Source of the DNA: Chitinophagales bacterium
GTDB taxonomy: Bacteria > Bacteroidota > Bacteroidia > Chitinophagales > BACL12
Assembly (NCBI GenBank): GCA_044227505.1
Contig: JBGAWP010000012.1
Span: forward strand, 2,946 to 66,945
Reading direction: 5' to 3'
Length of the DNA: 64,000 bases
In this document: piece by piece, positions 18,581 to 27,199 of the stretch
Layout of the letters: every line of letters starts with the position of its first letter
How positions within the stretch are numbered: the first letter of the stretch is position 1
Translations under genes and position numbers: made by a program
The notes under the pieces: generated by a model
The model's input: the letters and a program-made list of their open reading frames with translations, nothing else
Told to the model about the DNA's origin: nothing
Database searches by the model: none

Positions 18581-19006
18581 TTAATCTTGGAATGATTTTT
18601 TAACAAAAGCTTTTAACTGATTATCAGAGTTATAATTACCATCATCAGACCTTATTACCTTATCAGCAAAATTTTGATCTTCTTTAAGATAATTACAGAA
18701 CTCCTGCCTTGCAGTAGTAGGCCCAAAAACCAAAATCTCATCATAGTCAGAAAGTTTTTCTGCCAACTTATTATAATAACTGTTCAACGCATTTTGTTTT
18801 CTTTCATGTTTAGAAAATTCATTATTGGAAGATCTGAATCCACCAAGTTTAATTCCGTCAGAGGCTTCACCAGCAATTCGTTCCCTACTTTTAACAGTTG
18901 AAACAATAGTTTGAATACCAGCGTCAAGATCTTCCGGGTTAATAAATTTAGCTTCTTTATGATCCATCCAAATTGCCATTTTTTTTATTTCAAGTTGCTT
19001 TTTCAT
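18581..19006 (-). CDS. conserved hypothetical protein, paralog of 27200..27583 (possible aeRF1/host-attachment-like fold)
   Basis: 141 aa. It shares (A/G)IWMDH..A near the N-terminus and (I/V)L(V/L)FGPT.A(R/K).E(F/L) with 27200..27583. The fold assignment is inference only. Confidence 0.5.
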   Translation of the reverse strand: MKKQLEIKKMAIWMDHKEAKFINPEDLDAGIQTIVSTVKSRERIAGEASDGIKLGGFRSSNNEFSKHERKQNALNSYYNKLAEKLSDYDEILVFGPTTARQEFCNYLKEDQNFADKVIRSDDGNYNSDNQLKAFVKKSFQD

Positions 19007-19145
19007 TGTATTTAAATTAGTTTAGAAACCCATTCGAAGCTAAATTAGGTGACATCTATTGCTTGAGAAATAAGGTAAATCATTTTTAGTTATGACAATT
19101 CTCACCTATTACTTCTCTCACTTCCCCAAAGTAAAGTTGGCATTA

Positions 19146-19155
19146 GGGGGGGGGG
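19146..19155. repeat. G10 homopolymer tract in a divergent promoter region
   Basis: Ten consecutive G in otherwise AT-rich intergenic DNA, 140 nt upstream of the minus-strand start at 19006. Confidence 0.95.
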
Positions 19156-19607
19156 TACTAAATTCGTAATTAATAAACTTCAAGTAATATAAATGAGATA
19201 TTCCTAAATGGTTGAAATTTTGGTATTAATTAATTAATAATTATGCAATTTTTTCTACACTTGTAGCTCTTTTTCTACAATAAAATAAATTAATTCAATT
19301 ATTATTATAATTCTTAAAGTGCTTTAAATTCATGCAACGATTGTAAAATAAAATTCTGGGTTTTCGTCCCAATATCTATCACCATCTATATTCCAGCCGT
19401 TGAAATTAATTTAAATTATCCGCATATATTAAAATACTACAATGTATATACTCTTTTAAATCACTAATTTACTTTCAATATTAAATTTTTTAGTTCAATG
19501 GACAAATATTTGCATATCTGGAGTACCAGTTAGAAATATTTAATTCAATGCATTTTCGACTAACACTTATAGAAAATCCATTAAAGTCAAAATAATTTAA
19601 ACACGAA

Positions 19608-20150
19608 ATGAAGCTCCAGATTAAATACATGGTTAGCGATCGCTGTAAATTATTGGTAGAGACGGAACTGCAGAAGCTAGGTCTAAATATAGTAAATATA
19701 AGGCTTGGCGAAATAGAGATTGCAGAAAATCTTACGGAAGACAGCAGGCTCCTTTTAACAACAGCATTAACGGGTTCAGGGCTTGAACTTATAGAAGACA
19801 GGAGGGGAGAAATAGCTGAAAAGGTAAAGATTGCCATAAATGAAATGATAATGAATAAAGAAAAAATACAAAAAGGCAGAATTTCCGACTACCTATGTAA
19901 TTTATTGAATTGCAACTATTATTATATATCAAATGTATTTTCCTCAAAAGAAGGAATAACAATCAGAGAATATTTGCTAAATCAGCGAATAGAGTATGTA
20001 AAAATCCTTATCGCCAAAAACGAGTTGAGCATTACAGAAATTGCCTATTCTTTAAATTTCAGTAGTGTAGCGCATTTATCAGCGCAATTTAAAAAGGTAA
20101 CCGGTTCACCTCCAACGCGTTACAAGTTTGCCACCAACTCGAATGAATAA
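19608..20150 (+). CDS. AraC-family transcriptional regulator with N-terminal HMA-like (CxxC-less) domain
   Basis: 180 aa. The N-terminal ~65 aa has a beta-alpha-beta-beta-alpha-beta pattern, with MVSDRC replacing GMxCxxC. The C-terminal AraC HTH reads ITEIAYSLNFSSVAHLSAQFKKVTGSPPTRY. Confidence 0.7.
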   Translation: MKLQIKYMVSDRCKLLVETELQKLGLNIVNIRLGEIEIAENLTEDSRLLLTTALTGSGLELIEDRRGEIAEKVKIAINEMIMNKEKIQKGRISDYLCNLLNCNYYYISNVFSSKEGITIREYLLNQRIEYVKILIAKNELSITEIAYSLNFSSVAHLSAQFKKVTGSPPTRYKFATNSNE

Positions 20151-20255
20151 AACTTACATTATGTAATAAAGAATAATGTAGGGAACAAAAATATATTTTG
20201 TACAAAACTTTAAAAAAGAGTAACAGGCTCTTCCTGTAAAAAAAATAAAAATATA

Positions 20256-20441
20256 ATGCCTATTTTAACAATTTTGCTCGTTATTTTAATCGTTGGTGTA
20301 TTACTTTGGTTAGTAAATACCTATGTTCCAATGGATCGCAAGATCAAAAGTATTCTCAATGCCGTTGTGGTAATTATCCTAATTATTTGGTTACTTGATG
20401 CCTTTGGTGTAATCAATATGATGAATAATGTCAGGGTATAG
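20256..20441 (+). CDS. small two-TM membrane protein (Thivi_2564-like)
   Basis: 61 aa. ILLVILIVGVLLWLVNTYVPM...IKSILNAVVVIILIIWLL resembles the small Thivi_2564-type membrane protein family from memory. Confidence 0.5.
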   Translation: MPILTILLVILIVGVLLWLVNTYVPMDRKIKSILNAVVVIILIIWLLDAFGVINMMNNVRV

Positions 20442-20503
20442 CGCTGTCTTGAATCCCAAATTTAACTGTATACTTAGATGCTTCATTGCCTGTTTTAATT
20501 GAA

Positions 20504-20905
20504 ATGCGAAAAATATATACCACAATCGAGCTTCTATTTGAAAGGTTAACCAATATTGCAACAACATTATTGGGTAATAGTATCGTATTTATAATAGCAC
20601 TCATAATAATTATTTGTTGGCTTAACAGCCCAAGTTTTTACGAACAATCGCTACGAGAGTGCATAAGAGACGTATTACATGGTTTGATTTTCCTAAGTTT
20701 ATTCGTCATTCAAAAATCTTTTAATAAATTTTCTGCAGCCCTGCATTTAAAGGTTAATGAATTAGTGGCGTCACACGAACCAGCAAGAAATACCGTATTA
20801 AACACAGAAAACAAGTCAGAAAGAGAGATCGCTGAACTTTCAAAAGAATATAAAGTAATGTCAGAAGTTCTCAGTGATTTGAAAAAGGATATTAAAACCC
20901 GATAG
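20504..20905 (+). CDS. low-affinity iron permease-like membrane protein
   Basis: The ATG at 20504 lies inside the TTG-started ORF. It has an F..L.N.......S..F......I..W start, two TM helices, and then the LHLK.NEL pattern typical of the bacterial Iron_permease-like family. Confidence 0.5.
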   Translation: MRKIYTTIELLFERLTNIATTLLGNSIVFIIALIIIICWLNSPSFYEQSLRECIRDVLHGLIFLSLFVIQKSFNKFSAALHLKVNELVASHEPARNTVLNTENKSEREIAELSKEYKVMSEVLSDLKKDIKTR

Positions 20906-21763
20906 AAGACCGCAATTGTTTGGAAAATGCAATTAATTGACTTATTTATCCATTTGTGTCATTATAATCTCCTTTTTACATTATTTATTATACCCCTGGA
21001 CTTCTAAATATACATTTGGATTGAAATATCTTATTAAACCTTTTCAACCCAATTTATTCACTTTAATCCCAAAATCATCCTTTTTTAAAATATAATACAG
21101 ATATTTTTGGTGAAATCAAAAATACATAATGAAATATCTGTACAATAATGGCGCCACAAATTGTGACATTTTATGCTTCAAACCTTTCATCAACTAAGGA
21201 TTCACTCAATTGCAAATTACTTCAAAGCCCCGATTGTTAAGCTATGCAACTTATAACTTGCATAATTATTGTAAACTCATAAATTCGGATTTATTACATG
21301 GTTAGAATAGATTTATTGCATTTTCATGTTCACTTTTCCATGCTTTATTATTTTTACCTCCTGTTTTACTTGCAGTGAAAATACTTGTTAATAATTGCGT
21401 AGAGCAGTCAAAATCTTTCATACTACAGCCAACTTCATTTTCCCCATTATCCACTAAAACTCTTCCTGCACTGCATTATTTGAGGCAAAACTGTCCCTAA
21501 ATATCTTTTAAAAGTTTTTTTGAATTAATTATTCTAAATTAACGCCAATCTATAAAATTTAATTTTATTTCTTCGTTCATTCACAATTAATAAAATTACC
21601 ATTAAACCGAATTATGTGACATCGAGTAATTTGTCACAGATACTTACTTATATAACTTCAAGCAGTAAATTATACAACTAAATAATAAAATTGTATAAAG
21701 GAAATGATGGAATGTCCCAGAAATTTGGGGAGTGAAAATTATTTCACAATTAAAAAATCAAAA

Positions 21764-23821
21764 ATGAGAAAAAAAATACACAATGCATTAATGACAGTTA
21801 TTCTGTTAATAATGCCGTACGCAATCTTCGGGCAAACCCCTGATTTGGGTTCTGCTTCGGGTTTTGCAATGTTTACGGCGGTCGGAGCATTTAATAATGT
21901 TGGGGCTTCCACGGTTACCGGTGACGTTGGCACTGATGTAGGTGCCTTTGCAGGTTTTCCCCCAGGTACACTAATAGGAACCATCCATGTTGCAGATGGA
22001 ATTTCGGCAACAGCTGCAGCTGATGTAGATGCTGCTTATACCTTTTTGAGTGGGCTGACTTGCGGTACTGTAATAGGTACAACAATGGGCAGCGGACAAA
22101 TCTTAACTCCCGATACCTATTGTTTAGGCGCAGCCTCCACAATAAATGGAGATTTAATTTTGGATGCATTAGGTGATCCAAATGCATTATTTATTTTTAA
22201 AATAGATGGTGCCCTTGCAACAGGAACATTTGCTAATATAATTCTTGTAAATTCAGCTTCTTTATGTAATGTTTATTGGCAAGTAAACGGCCAATTTGAT
22301 TTAGGAGAAAATTCAGTATTTAATGGCACACTTATTAATAACGGTGCTATTAATTTATTGGACGGGTCTTCTTTATTTGGAAGAGGTCTTTCTCGTGCCG
22401 GAGCAATTTCAATGAATAACAATACTGTTACTACTACGTTGCCCTCAGTATTTTATGCTGATGCAGATGGCGACGGATTTGGTGATATAAGTTCTACAAT
22501 TACAAATTGTTATGCACCTGCAGGATACGTTAGCAATAGTTCAGATTGTAATGACCTCAATGCTGCAATTAATCCACTCGCAACAGAAATTTGCAATGGA
22601 ATTGATGATAATTGTACAGGTGGTATTGATGATGGAATAATTTTTACCGATTATTATACCGATGCTGATGGCGACGGATTTGGTGATGCTTCTGCATCCC
22701 CGGTTAGTGCTTGTGCTCCCGTTGTTGGATCTGTTGCAAATAATAACGATTGTGATGATCTGAATGCAGCAATTAATCCACTCGCAACAGAAATTTGCAA
22801 TGGAATTGATGATAATTGTACAGGTGGTATTGATGAAGGAATAATTTTTACCGATTATTATACCGATGCTGATGGCGACGGATTTGGTGATGCTTCTGCA
22901 TCTCCTGTTAGTGCTTGTGCTCCCGTTGTTGGATCAGTTACAAATAATAACGATTGTAATGATCTGAATGCTGCAATTAATCCTTCTGCAATAGAAATCT
23001 GCGGTAATTTAATTGATGAAGATTGTAATGGTCTGATCGATAATATTGATAGTGTTTATATCGAAGTCCTTTCAGTTTATCCTGTTTGTCAGCCTAATAT
23101 TATTACGTTAGGAGCAAATCCTACAGACGGTGGATTAACTTACCAATGGTACCGCAACGGTTTATTAATTCCGGGCGCAACCAATGTAACATATGATGTT
23201 TTCGAAAAAAGAGGATATTATAAGGTTGCTGTAAGCAATGGCGAATGCACTGTTTTATCAGATAGTATTTATGAGCGTATTTATGGACCTCAGCCTCCTG
23301 TAATTAATTCATATGGTTATTCTGATCTATGTGTTCAGAATCCAATAAAATTAAAAACAATATACGGTTTTGCTCCTACCCATGAATATCAGTGGTATCG
23401 CAACGATGTTTTAATTGAAGGTGCAACTAATGCAGTATATTTTGCAACTGAACCCGGATCATATAATGTTATGGTATTTGCTCCATATTTGGGTTGCCAA
23501 TACGTAGCGGATGAACCAACAATATTAACTCAGGAAGGATGCCGTATGGATGAAAATACAACCACACGTTTGGTGGTTTACCCTAATCCTACTTCCGGCG
23601 TTTTAAATGTTGATGCTTCAATGGAGTCAAATGCTGCTTCTGCAACACTTGAAGTATTTAATGTAATTGGTGAACTTGTGTATTCAGCAAGTGCATCTAT
23701 AAATACTGGAAATATTTCCGAATCTATTGATCTTACTAATATTGCCAAAATTGGATTATACACTTTAAAAATTACTGTAGATAATACGATAATTATTAAA
23801 CAATTTGTGATTCAGAATTAA
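21764..23821 (+). CDS. secreted ice-binding-like protein (DUF3494 domain) with Cys-rich DADGDGFG repeats, Ig-like region and T9SS C-terminal sorting domain
   Basis: The ATG at 21764 gives the signal peptide MRKKIHNALMTVILLIMPYAIFGQ. The DUF3494 pattern covers ~21842-22435: LGSASGFAMF..G..NNVGASTVTGDVGT..G...GFPPG...G.IH..D..A..A..D...AY, NALFIFKI, CNVYWQV, GRGLSRAGAISMNNNTV. Three DADGDGFG...C.DLNAAINP..E.C.N.IDDNC units follow. The C-terminus is YPNPTSG...LYTLKI. Confidence 0.8.
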   Translation: MRKKIHNALMTVILLIMPYAIFGQTPDLGSASGFAMFTAVGAFNNVGASTVTGDVGTDVGAFAGFPPGTLIGTIHVADGISATAAADVDAAYTFLSGLTCGTVIGTTMGSGQILTPDTYCLGAASTINGDLILDALGDPNALFIFKIDGALATGTFANIILVNSASLCNVYWQVNGQFDLGENSVFNGTLINNGAINLLDGSSLFGRGLSRAGAISMNNNTVTTTLPSVFYADADGDGFGDISSTITNCYAPAGYVSNSSDCNDLNAAINPLATEICNGIDDNCTGGIDDGIIFTDYYTDADGDGFGDASASPVSACAPVVGSVANNNDCDDLNAAINPLATEICNGIDDNCTGGIDEGIIFTDYYTDADGDGFGDASASPVSACAPVVGSVTNNNDCNDLNAAINPSAIEICGNLIDEDCNGLIDNIDSVYIEVLSVYPVCQPNIITLGANPTDGGLTYQWYRNGLLIPGATNVTYDVFEKRGYYKVAVSNGECTVLSDSIYERIYGPQPPVINSYGYSDLCVQNPIKLKTIYGFAPTHEYQWYRNDVLIEGATNAVYFATEPGSYNVMVFAPYLGCQYVADEPTILTQEGCRMDENTTTRLVVYPNPTSGVLNVDASMESNAASATLEVFNVIGELVYSASASINTGNISESIDLTNIAKIGLYTLKITVDNTIIIKQFVIQN
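22547..22954 (+). repeat. near-identical 204-bp tandem duplication inside the ice-binding protein gene
   Basis: Copies at 22547-22750 and 22751-22954 differ at 9 of 204 positions by my manual alignment. A third, diverged unit starts at 22955. Confidence 0.9.
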
Positions 23822-23839
23822 TAAATAAAAGATCAACAT

Positions 23840-23876
23840 AACAGCTCCTCTAATACAGGAGCTGTTATTTTTTTTT
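23840..23876 (+). terminator. rho-independent terminator
   Basis: AACAGCTCCT / AGGAGCTGTT is a perfect 10-bp stem with a 7-nt loop, followed by ATTTTTTTTT. Confidence 0.85.
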
Positions 23877-24117
23877 CAAAATAAGAATAAAATCTAATTG
23901 ACCAAAAAATGGTTTAATTTCCCCGATTACCTAAACTTAATTATTTAATGGAACAAATGATCTTAACAACAACAAAAAATTAGTTCCAATCAGACATTTG
24001 ATAACGATGGAAGTTGTAACTTAGCAGTATCCAGGGTATTACTTCACTTGTTTCATCGTATCAACTAACAAAGTGCCAGTTTACTTATTAAATTAAAATT
24101 TAGTTTTTATATCGATT

Positions 24118-24678
24118 ATGCACCTCTTTATTAAAAATATGGTAAGTAACCGTTGCAAGTTGATTGTGAAGACTGAACTTGAGAATATAAACGTGGCATA
24201 TACTCGCCTCGTTTTAGGCGAAGTTGTTATAATGCAGACCCTCACCCATGTTCAACGAACAAGCCTGAAGGAAGCACTTTCCAAAGCAGGTCTTGAATTA
24301 CTGGAGAACAAGAAAAGCATGATTATTGAAAAGATTAAGAATATTGTTGTTGAAATGATTCATTATGATGAAAATCTTCCTAAAACTAAGTTTTCAGAAT
24401 ATTTAAGCAATAAATTAAACTATGATTATACATACCTCTCCAACCTTTTTTCAGAGGAAAAGGGAACAACAATTGAGCAATATATTATTATAAATAAAAT
24501 TGAACGCGTTAAAGAATTATTAGATTATGATGAGCTAACCATAACTGAAATTGCACATAAACTTCACTACAGCAGTGTTTCTCACCTTTCCAACCAATTT
24601 AAAAAAAACACAGGATTTTCACCCTCGGCATTTAAAAAATTAAAAGACAAAAAGTTAAATACCCTGGAAAGTCTTTGA
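24118..24678 (+). CDS. AraC-family transcriptional regulator with N-terminal HMA-like (CxxC-less) domain
   Basis: 186 aa, a paralog of 19608..20150 (MVSNRCKLIVKTELE; ITEIAHKLHYSSVSHLSNQFKKNTGFSPSAF). Confidence 0.7.
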   Translation: MHLFIKNMVSNRCKLIVKTELENINVAYTRLVLGEVVIMQTLTHVQRTSLKEALSKAGLELLENKKSMIIEKIKNIVVEMIHYDENLPKTKFSEYLSNKLNYDYTYLSNLFSEEKGTTIEQYIIINKIERVKELLDYDELTITEIAHKLHYSSVSHLSNQFKKNTGFSPSAFKKLKDKKLNTLESL

Positions 24679-24963
24679 ATTTTTATTACTTCAAATTTGA
24701 AATTCCATTAAAAATCAGTTTCTTCTCTCACTACTAGAATCCAATTAACTCTCTGCAAATCGACAAAACTGTACTTGCAATTCAACTATTTTTAATAATC
24801 GGGGTGCAATTTCCCCATTTTCCCACATCAATTTTCATTGCTACCCATACCTCTGCAACTCACATTGTAACAGAGGTAATCACCTTCTGCGTTTAAACAG
24901 CCTTTGGCATAATAATTTTATGTATTTCGAGTAAGTTAAGTTCTCAAATTATATATTTAATTT

Positions 24964-26595
24964 ATGACAGGTATTACTGATAACAGCAAATTTGACCAAC
25001 CAGTTGATGAAAATTTAACTTCAGGGGCAAATATTCCATTTTGGTTCAGTCAGTCGTGGAAACCGTTAATTTACGACAAGATTAAAAATGATCTTACGAC
25101 AGATATTTTAGTAATTGGCGGGGGTATTTCAGGACTCTCGGTTGCTTATTGTTTAGCACGGGAAGGACGCGAGGTGGTATTAGTTGAAGATGGATTTATA
25201 GGGAGCGGTGAAACCGGAAGAACAACAGCACATTTAACTTGTGCTCTGGATGACAGATATTTTGACCTGGAAAAAATTTTCGATAAAGAAACTGCACACC
25301 TTGCAGCTGATAGTCACAAGGCGGCTATTGATTGGATCGAAAGTACAATAACCGCAAACAATATAGATTGCAATTTTAAACGAGTGGATGGTTATTTGTT
25401 TTTAGATCCTGACGATACAGTTGAAACTATTAACAAGGAATTTGATGCCACACAAAGAGCTGGTATAAAAACTGAAATTATAACTATTCCTCCTTCCATT
25501 AAATTGGAGGCGAATAGCATATCACTTAGGTTCCCGGAACAAGCGCAATTTCACATTCTTAAATATATTAAAGGTCTCGCAGATGCATTTATAAAACTAG
25601 GTGGGAAAATTTTTACTGAATCAAAAGCCGAAAACATCAGCAAAGAAGGCGCAAATGCAAATGGATATACTATTAAGGCAAATCATATAGTAGTGGCAAC
25701 TAATACCCCAATTAACGACTGGGTCACCATGCATACGAAACAATGGCCTTATCGAAGTTATGTAATTGCCTCCAAAATTCCCAAAGGTGAAATTCCATAT
25801 GCATTATGGTGGGATACCGGCAAAAAAAAATCGCATTTGATTTCTGAACCATATCACTACGTAAGACTTGAATCCTTTGATGAACAGTATGATGTATTGA
25901 TCGTAGGTGGTGAAGATCATAAAACGGGTCAATCGGAGGATAACAACATTCATGAGGAGGATAGATATAAAAAACTGGAAGCCTGGGCGAAAGAATATTT
26001 TCCATCTTTCAGAAATATTGATTTTAAATGGTCAGGACAGGTAATTGAACCAATCGATTCATTAGCCTTTATCGGAAAGAATCCAGGCGATGAAAATATA
26101 TACATAATTACAGGTGATTCTGGCAATGGAATGACTCACGGGACTTTGGGTGGTTTAATTATAAGTGATATAATAACTGGAAAATTAAATCAATGGGTTA
26201 AAATTTATGATCCAGCCAGAATTACACTTAAAACTTCTTTAAATTATTTGCATGAGGTGGGAAATATGGTAAAACAATACGCTGATTGGTTTACAAAAAA
26301 TGGTTTATCCGAAATAGAAAAATTGATTCCCGGAGAAGGTGGCATTTTCACGTCGGAAACAAAAAAATATGCTATTTACAAAGATGAAAAGTATGAAATA
26401 CACGTATGCAGTGCAGTCTGCCCCCATTTAGGTGCGATACTGCAATGGAACAATGATGAAAAAACTTTTGATTGCCCAATGCATGGTTCACGCTTCACAA
26501 CTGATGGCATTGTGATCAATGGACCGGCCACAACAAATCTTAAAAAAATAGAGCCGGAAATTGTTGAAAGCAATTCCGATCTACATGAATCTTAA
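24964..26595 (+). CDS. FAD-dependent oxidoreductase fused to a C-terminal Rieske [2Fe-2S] domain (YhfW-like architecture)
   Basis: 543 aa. The N-terminal dinucleotide fold is VIGGGISGLSVAYCLAREG. The C-terminal Rieske ligands are CPHLG...x17...CPMHGSRF. Confidence 0.8.
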   Translation: MTGITDNSKFDQPVDENLTSGANIPFWFSQSWKPLIYDKIKNDLTTDILVIGGGISGLSVAYCLAREGREVVLVEDGFIGSGETGRTTAHLTCALDDRYFDLEKIFDKETAHLAADSHKAAIDWIESTITANNIDCNFKRVDGYLFLDPDDTVETINKEFDATQRAGIKTEIITIPPSIKLEANSISLRFPEQAQFHILKYIKGLADAFIKLGGKIFTESKAENISKEGANANGYTIKANHIVVATNTPINDWVTMHTKQWPYRSYVIASKIPKGEIPYALWWDTGKKKSHLISEPYHYVRLESFDEQYDVLIVGGEDHKTGQSEDNNIHEEDRYKKLEAWAKEYFPSFRNIDFKWSGQVIEPIDSLAFIGKNPGDENIYIITGDSGNGMTHGTLGGLIISDIITGKLNQWVKIYDPARITLKTSLNYLHEVGNMVKQYADWFTKNGLSEIEKLIPGEGGIFTSETKKYAIYKDEKYEIHVCSAVCPHLGAILQWNNDEKTFDCPMHGSRFTTDGIVINGPATTNLKKIEPEIVESNSDLHES

Positions 26596-26619
26596 ATTAA
26601 ACATCATAAATCAATTATT

Positions 26620-27072
26620 ATGAATAAAATGTCGTCACTTATAGTTTTAAACACACTCATCGGAATCAATAACGATAGAATTGCAGGTTATCAAGTGGCA
26701 TCAAATGCAACAGAAGAATTTGATTTGAAAAACCTATTTGAAAAGTTTATTCAAACGAGTAGGAAATGCAAGAGAGAACTTCTTGGCGAAATTAATAAAA
26801 TGGGTGTTTCCGCAATGGAGATCTCTATTCTCAATGGAAAATTCTTTAGTGTTTGGATGGATATAAAATCTGCGTTATACGGGAAAAACCGGTATGACAT
26901 ACTAACGTCTTGCGAGATTGGTGATGGAGCCGCTGTTAAGACTTATACAAAAATTTTAGATCAAAATGAAAAAGACCTCACACTTTATCAACATACTATG
27001 ATTAACATTCAGCATACTTACTTACTAGTGGATTACAACAAAATTAAGAGTATATGTCAAAGTTTTATCTGA
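26620..27072 (+). CDS. PA2169/DUF2383 family four-helix-bundle (ferritin-like) protein
   Basis: 150 aa. LN.LI.INNDRI.GY..A at the N-terminus is the family signature as I recall it. The gene starts 24 nt after the upstream gene. Confidence 0.6.
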   Translation: MNKMSSLIVLNTLIGINNDRIAGYQVASNATEEFDLKNLFEKFIQTSRKCKRELLGEINKMGVSAMEISILNGKFFSVWMDIKSALYGKNRYDILTSCEIGDGAAVKTYTKILDQNEKDLTLYQHTMINIQHTYLLVDYNKIKSICQSFI

Positions 27073-27199
27073 TAATAATTTCCCTTTAACAACACTGGAA
27101 ATTGACGGAGGATATTTAGCGCAATAAATAATTTCATGAACACATTCATTATAACCAGAATACAGTTACACTTTTATTAACCACTTTAAAAAATTAAAA

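Noticed and set aside
20151-20200. AT-rich hairpin TACATTAT...ATAATGTA after the first AraC-like gene as a terminator
   Set aside because: It has an 8-bp all-A/T-dominated stem and no following T-run, which is insufficient to call an intrinsic terminator.
21302-21421. 39-aa minus-strand ORF inside the long non-coding region upstream of the ice-binding protein gene
   Set aside because: It is short, has no recognisable motif, and has no convincing promoter or RBS context. It is mentioned only because the region is otherwise empty.
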